Assembly: GCA_002269645.1 (NCBI GenBank)
Contig: NIVC01004938.1
Span: forward strand, 1-30,735
Length of the DNA: 30,735 bases
Direction: 5' to 3'
Source: Macrostomum lignano
Lineage: Eukaryota
Shown: in pieces, positions 1 to 11,700 of the stretch
How positions within the stretch are numbered: position 1 is the stretch's first letter
Layout: each line of letters starts with the position of its first letter
Notes under the pieces: generated by a model
Database searches by the model: none
Seen by the model: only the letters and a program-made list of their open reading frames with translations
What the model was told of the DNA's origin: nothing
Made by a program: the position numbers and the translations under genes

Positions 1-247
1 TAGTTATTCTAGTGTATCTGTGTAGGCTGACACAAACCACACTCGATTTAAATGCTGAAATTTGAATTCAATATTTAAACAGCGTTGCTTATTTTAACAA
101 AGCAAAGGCGTCAACAGTTAACAGATTATCAATATAATGTACTTTGTTCCAATTAAAATCACATATAACTAAAAAAACGGAAACAAACCTACGAGGGTAA
201 ATAAAGTGAAAACCGGTTTCCAACAAACACCATTAGGCATAATCGTT

Positions 248-253
248 TTTATT
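248..253 (-). terminator. Candidate polyadenylation signal (AATAAA) for DPM3
   Basis: TTTATT on + at 248-253 is AATAAA on -, about 133 nt after the DPM3 stop. Confidence 0.5.
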
Positions 254-385
254 GTGCAGGTACTGTCTATACACAGAGTATCGATTTTATCTAACAGATA
301 GCTGAAACAGACTATATGCAGCTACTTGCAGTAGGACACAATGCACATTGCCAGAAAAATTCTGCGCTTTTACTATACATACAAA

Positions 386-699
386 CTAACTAGTTTTCTT
401 ATCCCCTTTGGGATCGACAAATTTGAATCCCCGTTTAGCCAAGTCAGCTTTCGCCTCGTCAATCTCTCTGACCAGTTCCGAGTGCGCCTCTGGACAGTCG
501 TTGAACATCAGCACTCGATACACGATGGTCAGAGCTGAGGCCAGCCCGAACAGTCCGCCTGCGTACAGCGGCAGCCAGTTAGTCACGTGACGGCCCATGG
601 GGGTCAGCTCTACAGGGATCAGGTCGTGCATCAGAGCCAGCCAAAGGGCGATGAAACAGCCGCCACCAGCAGCCACTGCATCAGTTTGGTTAGGGCCAT
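386..699 (-). CDS. DPM3: Dolichol-phosphate mannosyltransferase subunit 3; single exon with an apparent 1-nt deletion near 660
   Basis: ATG at 699 gives MALTKLMQWLLVA (compare human MTKLAQWL). After a frame change at 661-659 it reads GCFIALWLAL...LPLY...TIVYRVLMFNDCPEAHSELVREIDEAKADLAKRGF, matching the DPM3 pattern of two TM helices plus a coiled coil (human [31 protein letters not shown]). The track ORF starts at an internal GTG (676). Confidence 0.9.
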
Positions 700-753
700 C
701 GGGGCGTCTGCAAGAGATTCACGAATCTGAGTACAAGTGCACTTATACCCATT

Positions 754-2001
754 CATTCTAGTGTACAGTCCTATTATTCGAGTGTATAGTCCAATCATTC
801 TAGTGTACAGTCCTATTATTCTAGTGTACAGTCCTTATTATTCTAGTGTACAGTCCTTATTATTCTAGTGTACAGTCCCTATTATTCTAGTGTACAGTTC
901 CTACATTATAGTGTACAGTCCCTATCACTATTGTGTACAGACCCTATCATTCTAGTGTACAGTCCCTACCATTCTAGTGTACTGCAGTCCCTACCATTCT
1001 AGTGTACATTCCCTATCATTCTAGTGTACAGTCCCTATTATTCTAGTGTACAGTCCTATTATTCTAGTGTACAGTCCCTATTATTCTAGTGTACAGTCCC
1101 TATTATTCTAGTGTACAGTCCCTATTATTCTAGTGTACAGTCCCTACCATTCTAGTGTACAGTCCCTATCACTCTAGTGTACAGACCCTATCATTCTAGT
1201 GTACAGTCCCTATCATTCTAGTGTACAGACCCTATCATTCTAGTGTACAGACCCTATCATTCTAGTGTACAGACCCTATCATTCTAGTGTACAGACCCTA
1301 TCATTCTAGTGCACAGCCCTATCGTTCTAGTGTACAGACCATACCATTCTAGTGTACAGACCCTATCGTTCTAGTGTACAGACCATACCATTCTAGTGTA
1401 CAGACCCTGCCATTCTAGTGTGCAGTCCCTATCATTCTAGTGTGCAGCCCCTATCGTTCTAGTGTGCAGTCCCTATCATTCTAGTGTGCAGCCCCTATCG
1501 TTCTAGTGTACAGACCATACCATTCTAGTGTACAGACCCTGCCATTCTAGTGTACAGACCATACCATTCTAGTGTACAGCCCCTATCGTTCTAGTGTACA
1601 AACCATACCATTGTAGTGTACAGACCCTGCCATTCTAGTGTGCAGTCCCTATCATTCTAGTGTGCAGCCCCTATCGTTCTAGTGTACAGACCATACCATT
1701 CTAGTGTACAGACCCTATCGTTCTAGTGTATACAGACCCTATCATTCTATTGTACAGACCCTGCCATTCTAGTGTGCAGTCCCTATCACTCTAGTGTACA
1801 GACCTGCCATTCTAGTGTGCAGTCTCTATCACTCTAGTGTACAGACCCTGCCATTCTAGTGTGCAGTCCCTATCACTCTAGTGTACAGTCCCTGCCATTC
1901 TAGTGTACAGTCCTTATCATTCTAGTGTGCAGTCCCTATCATTCTAGTGTACAGACCCTGCCATTCTAGTGTACAGACCCTGCCATTCTAGAGTACAGAC
2001 C
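754..2001. repeat. Minisatellite, ~20-21 bp unit ATTCTAGTGTACAGTCCCTAT(C)
   Basis: About 60 slightly variant tandem units between RPB9 and DPM3. Confidence 0.97.
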
Positions 2002-2369
2002 AATCAATTTAGATTTGAAGTAAATAAATTACGAACTTAAAAGTTTCGAAATTACAAATTGATTATGTTTACAAGGAAAATTTAATTTAGGTTTCAATTA
2101 GTAGAACAGATAAGCACATTTAGGGTTATTAACTACAATGAATTCATTGTTTTGTTGCCAATGAACTCAGAATCGGAGTAATAACAACCAATACAAAAAA
2201 TGCAAACATTCAAATCAGCTACAATGGCTGCTGTCAGTTCAATAATGAAAAAATTTAAGGCAACCCAAAATAACTACCAAAGCACAAGTCCACATAATGG
2301 GATCTGCAGATCTCATATAGCCATAAAAATCAAATATGTTATTTCACATGTATTAGACCTTCGGACCTT

Positions 2370-3232
2370 CAGATCCCAGTTCACACAGATCCAAGTTCAC
2401 AGATCCCAGTTCACACAGATCCAAGTTCACAGATTTGAGTTCACAGATCCAAGTTGACACACAGGAAAATCTCGCAGACCCCAGTTCACACACAGGAAAA
2501 TCTCGCAGATCCCAGTTCACACACAGGAAAATCCCGCAGATCCCAGTTCACACACAGGAAAATCTCGCAGATCCCAGTTCACACACAGGAAAATCTCGCA
2601 GATCCCAGTTCACACACACAGGAAAATCCCGCAGATCCCAGTTCACACACAGGAAAATCCCGCAGATCCCAGTTCACACACAGGAAAATCCCGCAGATCC
2701 CAGTTCACACACAGGAAAATCTCGCAGATCCCAGTTCACACACAGGAAAATCCCGCAGATCCCAGTTCACACACAGGAAAATCCCGCAGATCCCAGTTCA
2801 CACACAGGAAAATCCTCGCAGATCCCAGTTCACACACAGGAAAATCTCGCAGACCCCAGTTCACACACAGGAAAATCTCGCAGATCCCAGTTCACACACA
2901 GGAAAATCTCGCAGATCCCAGTTCACACACAGGAAAATCTCGCAGATCCCAGTTCACACACAGGAAAATCCCGCAGATCCCAGTTCACACACAGGAAAAT
3001 CTCGCAGATCCCAGTTCACACACAGGAAAATCTCGCAGATCCCAGTTCACACACAGGAAATCCCGCAGATCCCAGTTCACACACAGGAAAATCTCGCAGA
3101 TCCCAGTTCACACACAGGAAAATCTCGCAGATCCCAGTTCACACACAGGAAAATCTCGCAGACCCCAGTTCACACACAGGAAAATCTCGCAGATCCCAGT
3201 TCACACGTAGGAAATCCCGCAAACCCCAGTTC
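2370..3232. repeat. Minisatellite, 31 bp unit CAGATCCCAGTTCACACACAGGAAAATCTCG, with 15-16 bp units at the left edge
   Basis: Direct inspection. It starts within about 10 nt of the RPB9 stop. The track ORFs 2435..3247 and 2454..3416 are translations of it. Confidence 0.97.
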
Positions 3233-3240
3233 TCAGCAGT

Positions 3241-5286
3241 TCACTGAGCAGACGTATCAGTCCACTTGTAGGCGCAGCCCTCATTGCGGCACACATAATA
3301 GAGCTTCATGCCCTCCTCAGCCCGTTTACTCTGCGACTGGAAGAACACAGCGTCCTTGTGGTGGCACATGGGACAGGGGTGCTCGTTGGTCCTGGGCAGA
3401 GTTGGGTCGTGAATAACGTCGGCCACAATTTGGGTCAGCTCGTCGACGTCGTGCTCAACTTTGTTGACGTAGACACACGGGTTCAATGCTGGCTGGGAGT
3501 AGCCGCAGTTGCGGCACTGCAGTGGGAAGATGGAGAAAGGAGAAATGAGTTAAAAAAACAGCTGAATACACAAGCAAGCACATGCAGCTTATTACAACTG
3601 AACATGTCTCTATGACAGGGTGTCCTCATGGATTTTATGATGGGGACAAAGCCAAGAATTCTACGACTAATTTCCTATACATTATACATTTTGGCGCCGC
3701 AGACAGGCAATCATTGTGGCGCCGCAGGCACTCATTTTGGCGCCACAGGCACTCATTTTGGCGCCACAGGCACTCATTTTGGCGCCACAGGCACTCATTT
3801 TGGCGCCACAGGCACTCATTTTGGCACTGCAGGCACTCATTTTGACACCACAGGCACTCATTTTGGCGCCGCAGGCACTCATTTTGGCGCCGCAGGCAGG
3901 CACTCATTTTGGCGCCGCAAGCAGGCACTCATTTTGGCGCCGCAGACAGGCACTCATTTTGGCGCCAGAGGCACTCATTTTGGCGCTACAGGCATTCATT
4001 TTGGCGCCGGGCAGGCACTTATTTTGGCGCCGCAGGCAGGCACTCATTTTGGCGCCGCAGGCACTCATTTTGGCGCCGCAGGCAGGCACTCATTTTGGCG
4101 CCAGAGGCACTCATTTTGGCGCTACAGGCATTCATTTTGGCGCCGCAGGCAGGCACTTATTTTGGCGCCGCAGGCAGGCACTCATTTTGGCGCCAGAGGC
4201 ACTCATTTTGGCGCTACAGGCATTCATTTTGGCGCCGCAGGCAGGCACTTATTTTGGCGCCGCAGGCAGGCACTTATTTTGGCGCCGCAGGCACTCATTT
4301 TGGCGCCGCAGGCAGGCACTTATTTTGGCGCCGCAGGCAGGCACTCATTTTGGCGCCGCAGGCAGGCACTCATTTTGGCGCCGCAGGCAGGCACTTATTT
4401 TGGCGCCGCAGGCAGGCACTCATTTTGGCGCCGCAGGCAGGCACTCATTTTGGCGCCGCAAGCAGGCACTCATTTTGGCGCCGCAGGCAGGCACTTATTT
4501 TGGCGCCGAAGGCAGGCACTCATTTTGGCGCCGCAGGCAGGCACTCATTTTGGCGCCGAAGGCAGGCACTCATTTTGGCGCCGAAGGCAGGCACTCATTT
4601 TAGCGCTAAAGGCAGGCACTCATTTTAGCGCTTAAGGCACTCATTTTGGCGCCGCAGGCACTCATTGTGGCGCCGCAGGCACTCATTTTGGCGCCACAGG
4701 CACTCATTTTGGCGCGCAGGCACTCATTTTGGCGGCGCAGGCACTCATTTTGGCGCCGCAGGCAGGCACTTATTTTGGCGGCGCAGGCAGGTACTCATTT
4801 TGGCGCCGCAGGCACTCATTTTGGCGCCAGAGGCAGGCACTCATATTAGCGCTAAAGGCACTAATTTTGGCGCCGCAGACAGGCACTCATTATTATGGTA
4901 CCTTATAGCGCCGAAGGTGATATATTTGGCGCCCTAATGCAAAATTCTATCACGGGCTACAGTGTGGGGCGGGAGGGCAAAGCATTTACTGTCCACCATG
5001 TCTCTGCCGCTAACAATGTTCATGCTCCATGGCCTCATCATGTCAACCCGATAAAGTTTCAGAGCAGTTTAGGTTAAGCTTAAATTGCTACTGTTAGTAG
5101 TAGTCGTAACAAATAACTAACCGAATAAACCAACTGCCTATTGGCCTTATCCTCCCTGGGATACAGCATATTGTTGCACTCCTGGCAGAACAGAATGCCG
5201 ACAAATTTCAGACCGCCGGACGCACCGTCGTCGCCCTCCTTGTCCCTGTTGCTGGACACCGAGGCCGCGTCATCAAAACCGTCCAT
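3241..5286 (-). CDS. POLR2I: RNA polymerase II subunit RPB9, join(5286..5122, 3516..3241), 146 aa
   Basis: Exon 1 reads [20 protein letters not shown] and ends TCG|GTTAGT. Exon 2 follows CCCACTGCAG| and reads [19 protein letters not shown]...[23 protein letters not shown]...[15 protein letters not shown]. Both zinc ribbons are intact and the phase-0 junction is in frame. Confidence 0.97.
3687..4934. repeat. Minisatellite in the RPB9 intron, 21/25 bp units (GGCA)GGCACTCATTTTGGCGCCGCA
   Basis: More than 50 tandem units, most containing GGCGCC. Confidence 0.97.
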
Positions 5287-5391
5287 CTTATTAGTGCAAT
5301 GAGACGCATGAACACGATTGTAGAAAGGCGCTATTGATGCTACTGCTGTAGGCTTTAAGTAGTATATATAATATAAGATTTAATAAGGACA

Positions 5392-5817
5392 TTTCTCGAA
5401 AGCTGATGAGGATTCCTGAATGCTTATGGGAATTCCCCGAGTGATGATGGGGATTGCCCGAATGCTGATGCGGATTCCCCACATGCTGGTGGAGATTCTC
5501 GAAAGCTGATGGGGATTCCCAAATGCTTATGGGGATTCCCCAAGTGATGATGGGATTCCGAATGCTTATGGGGATTCCCCAAGTGATGATGGGATTCCCG
5601 AATGCTTATGGGGATTCCCCAAGTGATGATGGGATTCCCGAATGCTTATGGGGAATACCCAAATGATGAGGAGGATTCCCGAATGCTTATGGGGATTCCC
5701 CAAGTGATGATGGGATTCCCGAATGCTTATGAGGATTCCCCAAGTAACGATGGGGATTCCCGAACGCTTATGGGGTATCCCGAGTGATGATGGGATTCCC
5801 GAATGCTTATGAGGATT
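5392..5817. repeat. Minisatellite, ~41 bp dimeric unit (ATGGGGATTCCCCAAGTGATG / ATGGGATTCCCGAATGCTT)
   Basis: About 10 dimers between the ELYS 3' end and the RPB9 ATG. Confidence 0.95.
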
Positions 5818-6504
5818 AGACGGTGCTGATCAGGACAATCCCATACTTTAATTAAAAAAGTTGAACAACGCAACAAAAATACTTGTTGAGGCTGGCTCAA
5901 ATTAGCGTAGAATAAATAATTACTTATTCATGAATGGCATTGAGCAGAAAATGTCAAAAATACATTAAATGTAAGTGACCAATTTTGTACGTCAGCCGAA
6001 AAAGCATTGAAGTCAGCGCGAAAAAATCCCTATTCAAATTGAACACACGGGGAAAATCGATCAAAGCTACAATTAAAAACTTTGACGCCGTCCAAAGTTA
6101 TAAGACAGGCATTAAAAAACTAAAATTGACTCGCATATGCCATGCTTGAATTGCACATATGCAGTAGAAATATTACCTCACGTCAAAGTCAAACACACTA
6201 GTTGAGTATTAAATTTATCTAACAAAAATAATATGTTGTCAATTTGCTAGTAATTCCCTATTATGACTACTGCCGTACTAGTGACAATGAGTAGTAAAAC
6301 GGGGACACGGCTAATGGAGCCTGCTATTAAGGCCAGGGGAGGCTAAGATTACGAAGCATACAAAAATAAACAAAAATGCACGCCTATAACTATATATTAT
6401 AGATTAGATGAAGCAGCTAAAAGTACAATCAGTACTAGCTTGCTAATATATAAACTCATTATCCAGTGTCTTGTCAAGTCCGGCGAGAGAGCCGGCCAGT
6501 TCAC

Positions 6505-8704
6505 CTATTTCTTCCGGCTGCGCAGACCGATCCGCCTACCTGGGGCAGGTTTCGCCGACTCGTCGCCGTCGCCTCCCCGACGTCGTTGACGACGCGACGA
6601 CTGACGACTCTCGACGATGTCCGTGCGGACGCTCAGAGAGCTGCTGGCGCCGCTGGCCGCGCTGTCCGGTGAGCCGCCGACGAATTCGGACGACGCCGCT
6701 CGGCTTGCTGGTCGGCCGCGACGTCGACGACCGGCGACGGCGGAGCGACTTCCGACCACAGCGGAGGAGCTGCTGCGGACCGAGTCTGGCGACGCGGCGG
6801 TGGCCTCCTCTGGCAGGGCTGGCAGATCGTCGGCTGCGGCGGCTGAAGCGACGGAGGCTCGCCGACCGCCGACAGCGGCTGCACGCGGCGGCTGCTGCCG
6901 GCGACCACGCAGGCGGTTCGACCGTCTGATAGACGGGCCGGCCGGGGCGCTGGCGATGGACATCTCCGAGTCCAAGGAGCTGGCGCTGGTGTTCAACAGA
7001 TCCTCCTCATCGGCGACTGTCGCGGCTGTCGAAGCGGACGCCGACTGTTGCGTGGACTGCGACTGCGGAGGAGGTGGCGGAGGCGGCATCGCAAAGTCAG
7101 CTTCGTCAACGGACTGGACTGAGGCGCGGCGAGAGCTCCGACGTAGCTTTTGCTGCGGCGGTGGCTGAGCCAGTGACGGCGCTGCCGAAGTCGGGGTAGG
7201 CGGCGCCGACATGGACACCCGTCGCCGGAGCTGGTATTTCACCTCCGGCGACGCCGCCATCGTCTCTTCGGTAGCGTCTTCGGCTTCTGGCTGTTCTGCC
7301 TCCGCCTTGTCGTCACTGTCCGACTCGCTGGATGACGAAGCGGCAGCCTCCTCGGCGGCCGCCACCGTCTCGTCCTGCTTTGACACTCGCCGCCGACGAC
7401 TTCGCTGACCGACGGCGCGCTTCGGTCCCGTTTTACGACGTCCATCAGCGGTGGCGGCGGCGCTACGTCTCGTCTTCGGCACCGTAGAGGCAGCATCCGC
7501 TTCCGTGTTCACATCTTCCGCATTCTCCTCCTTACTAGCATTGTCAGCCTCCTTTTCCTTTGCGTCTGGCTTCTCTGCGTCAGCACTGCTTTGCGTCGAC
7601 TCCGACAAACGTCGAGGTCGTCGACGACCACGCCGACCTACTGAACGTCTTGTCGATATCGTTTCTTCCTCTTCGTCTTCCTCCCCCACTTCCTCATCGA
7701 CGTCCTCCTGCCTGGATGCAGAGGGCCCTGCCACAGGCGGCTGATTAGAAAAGAAGCTGTCAGTTTCGAAGTGGCTTTCCGTTTCACGATCCCCGGAGAT
7801 ATTCGCCGTTTGTTCCGATTGCCGCTCATCGGCCGTAGCAACCGCTTCCTCTTGCATGCCGGCGGAACTAATATCCATGCTGACCTCCTGCACGACCGTC
7901 TTCTGACCGAAATCGCCCGCGTCCGCGGCTGGACGACTAGCGCCGGTGGATGGGCTGACGCTTTGCGGCGACGTCGAATGGACGACAATTGGTGAGCCGG
8001 CGGGACGTCGAACTACTACTACTGATATTACTGACGGCGACTGCTGCTGCTGGGACTGAGGTGAGAGCGGGGGCGACTGTTGATCTTGCGAGGACACTCG
8101 CTGAGTCGGCTGCTGAAGCGGAGGCGACACCTGCTGAGTTGACTGCTGAAGCGGAGGCGACACCTGCTGAGTTGACTGCTGAAGCGGAGGCGACACCTGC
8201 TGAGTCGGCTGCTGAAGTGGAGGCGACACCCGCTGAGTCGGCTGCTGAAGTGGAGGCGACACCCGCTGAGTCGGCTGCTGAAGTGGAGGCGACACCCGCT
8301 GAGTCGGCTGCTGAAGTGGAGGCGACACCCGCTGAGTCGGCTGCTGAAGCGGAGGCGACATTCGCTGAGCCGATCGGATGAATCGAGCCCGACCCAGCTT
8401 GGTCGGCGGACTGAAAACGAAGTCAGCGCTGCTAGCAGACGCCGTGTCAACCGCCGCTGACTGTACAGCTGCTAGCCGAATATTCGGCAAAGGCTTAGCG
8501 AAGGTGAACGAGGAAGCGGAAGGCTGCTCGGATTCGATTCTGGGCGCAGCGGCGGATGCGGCACCGGGGAAACGGAGCGGCGGCCAAGCAGGTCGCTGCG
8601 AGCCATTGAAGCTACGGGACTGGCAGCGGTGACGGCTGGGCTACAGAAGGGAACTGATACGACTGATTCTGGCGGAGGCGGCGTGGGCCGCTCGACAACC
8701 GGAG
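6505..8704 (-). CDS. AHCTF1: ELYS exon 14: disordered Ser/Pro/Gln/acidic/basic C-terminus
   Basis: Phase-1 acceptor CCATTCCAG| at 8705, with CTAAC about 33 nt upstream. The frame changes around 8566. The terminal frame is open 8640->6505 and ends ...RRIGLRSRKK*. An alternative acceptor at 8471 is possible. Confidence 0.75.
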
Positions 8705-11700
8705 CTGGAATGGCGACAGGAGAGTTCAACGAGGCTCAGTTAGTTTATCGCAAAGTAGGACACAGTACGAATGAGAACTTTGCTTTTCTATCATAATTTA
8801 TCCGATGACATTTTAATAAGCATCTATTTTGAGTTTCGTGAGCATTCGCATTATGAGCACTCTATCTTTAAGCATTCACTCTATGAGAATTTGCTTTATG
8901 AGCATTCGCTCTATGAGCATTAGCTCTATGAGAATTTGCTCTATGAGCATTCGCTCTATGAGCATTAGCTCTATGAGAATTTGCTCTATGAGCATTCGCT
9001 CTATGAGCATTCGCTGTATGAGAATTCGCTCTATGAGAATTCGCTCTATGAGAATTCGCTCGCTCTATGAGCATTTGCTCTATAAGAATTCACGCTTTAT
9101 GAGCATTCGCTCTATAAGCATTCGCTCTATGAGCACTCGCTCTATGAGCATTCGCTTTATGAGCATTCGCATTAGACTTCGTGCTGAGGAATTATCGCTG
9201 CAACTGAACAGATTAAAAAAAGCTTAATAAAAGTCACACTACCAATAACAAAGACCCCCATCGCTTACAGGTGTCCTCTGGCGTTACAAAGACATCAGAC
9301 GACGAAGCCGGCGACACGGCAGCGCTTCCACGGTTAGACTGGCTGACGTCATCGACAGAGTTTATTTTCGGCGGCACAGCCAACCCTTGAGGTCGAGGCG
9401 GCTTTGTTGCCGAAGTGCCGCTGTCATCTGGTGAAGATAAAAAATTGTGCAACTACAGATGTACGACTTTACCTGAACAAGTTCTGATCAGCTCATTTTT
9501 ATGAAGTGTCTCAAAAAGACGAAAATGTTTTGGTTTTTTATCAGATAATAAGTGGTGGCTGCCTTGGAGGCGATGCAACAAAAAATCAGCCTAAAAATCA
9601 GCCGTGTACTAACCGCTGCCAATTATGCTTAACTTAAAATCCAAATGTTTCGATCTCACCTGGATTGGAAAATATAGGTCGCTTTCACAAGCTCAAAACG
9701 TCACAAGCTTGAAACTTCACAAGCTCAAAGCTTCATCACAAGCTCGAACTGCACAAGCTCAAAGCTTCATCACAAGCTCACAGCTTCATCACAAGCTCGA
9801 AACTTCACAAGCTCACAGCTTCATCACAAGCTCGAAACTGCACAAGCTCGAAACTGCACAAGCTCAAAGCTTCATCACAAGCTCAAAGCTTCATCACAAG
9901 CTCAAAGCTTCACAAGTGCACAGCTTCATCACAAGCTCAAAGCTTCACAAGTGCACAGCTTCATCACAAGCTCAAAGCTTCACAAGTGCACAGCTTCATC
10001 ACAAGCTCAAAGCTTCACAAGTGCACAGCTTCATCACAAGCTCAAAGCTTCACAAGTGCACAGCTTCATCACAAGCTCAAAGCTTCACAAGTGCACAGCT
10101 TCATCACAAGCGCAAAGCTTCACAAGCGCAAAGCTTCATCACAAGCTCAAAGCTTCACAAGCGCAAAGCTTCATCACAAGCTCAAAGCTTCACAAGCTCA
10201 AAGCTTCACAAGCGCACAGCTTCATCACAAGCTCTTCATAAAAACTTCGATCACAAACTCAAAATTCCGCGCTCACGAAACGCCCCAGAAACTAAAAACT
10301 AGACCTTGACACGTGATCTGGCAGAATAACTCCATCTGAAAACAAACGCTCACCAGACGACAGTGCAGTCAATTCGGAGCCAACCGCCGCAGTCGCTTCG
10401 GCCATTTCAACATCGAATGACCGGCTACTGCTCAGCTTGGCCTCCCCGAAGCTTTCACTGCCTGCAGCGGCGGCGGGGCCGGAGGCGGACTGCTCGCGCT
10501 TGTAGGACGGAGAGTCGAAGCTGGTCTCGTCCAGATCTGCACCGATGGAAAAGACTTGAGCTATAATGATCCATCGTGTTAAAATTTGCCATAATCAATG
10601 AACACCAACCAATCGGTATGGGAGACGGGCCTGGCGCCGGCGAAGGAGACGCAGCAGTTGGCGGCGGAGGTCCGGGAGTTGCACGACGTTGCATTGGCTG
10701 AGAATCTGAAGGCTGCCGCTGCTCCGGACTGGCGTCCTCAACGGCGTCGGCAAACCGCAGCCGTCCAGCGGGGCTGTGCGATCGCTGATGCTGATTGCCT
10801 GAGGCCTCGGCTCTTAGTCCGGCTGTCCGAGTTTTCCGCAGTATGGACACTATCGGACGATTGGCCGAACTGAAATTATGGCGTTGTTGCGACTGAGACT
10901 GCTGCAGCAGCTGCTGTTGTTGCTGCTTTTGATGACTGTTGCCTAGGCGACAAGGAGTCCTTAGCAACTGGTTGCATTGGTCGCGAACTCTAGGCGAGGC
11001 CATAGTGGCGCCGTCCTCAGCGAACACTCGATTGTCGGCCGGGTCTCGTCTGAGAAACTTGGCCGATCGAGGGTTAGTGAGCACTGGGGAACTGCAGGCA
11101 GGTGGGCATTGTTCGGGGTGCGCATGCGTTAGTGAACTGCAGATTCGGTGCAGGCAGGTGGGAAATGTCCAAGTTTTATTATTTTCTAAGAACTCTTAGA
11201 AAAGGTGAGACAGTTCTGATTCACCTAATTAGGGAAACACCTGAGGATATGAGATATTGATAATTAGGGAAACACCTGAGGATGAGATATTGATAATTAG
11301 GGAAACACCTGCGGATATGAGATATTGATAATTAGGGAAACACCTGCGGATATGAGATATTGATAATTAGGGAAACACCTGCGGATATGAGATATTGATA
11401 ATTAGGGAAACACCTGAGGATATGAGATATTGATAATTAGGGAAACACCTGCGGATATGAGATATTGATAATTAGGGAAACACCTGAGGATATGAGATAT
11501 TGATAATTAGGGAAACACCTGCGGATATGAGATATTGATAATTAGGGAAACACCTGAGGATATGAGATATTGATAATTAGGGAAACACCTGAGGATATGA
11601 GATATTGATAATTAGGGAAACACCTGAGGATATGAGATATTGATAATTAGGGAAACACCCGATGAGGATATGAGATATTGATAATTAAGGAAACACCTGC

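Noticed and set aside
1-20. ATTCTAGTGTA at the window start as the end of a second copy of the 754-2001 satellite flanking DPM3
   Set aside because: Only about 11 nt are visible; the upstream window is needed.
3687-4934. Sense-strand ATGAGT and ATAAGT as disabled donors (one change from GTGAGT/GTAAGT)
   Set aside because: A single hexamer resemblance with no supporting context; likely chance.
5392-5817. Array of NF-kB-like sites (GGGGATTCCCC) upstream of RPB9
   Set aside because: The motif is simply the palindromic core of the satellite unit; nothing indicates a promoter here or a cognate factor.
6505-8490. The 661-aa ORF as a separate gene (e.g. sororin-like)
   Set aside because: It starts at TTG with no evident 5' end, upstream ELYS exons splice into it in phase, and it supplies the expected AT-hook and basic tail and the expected total length.
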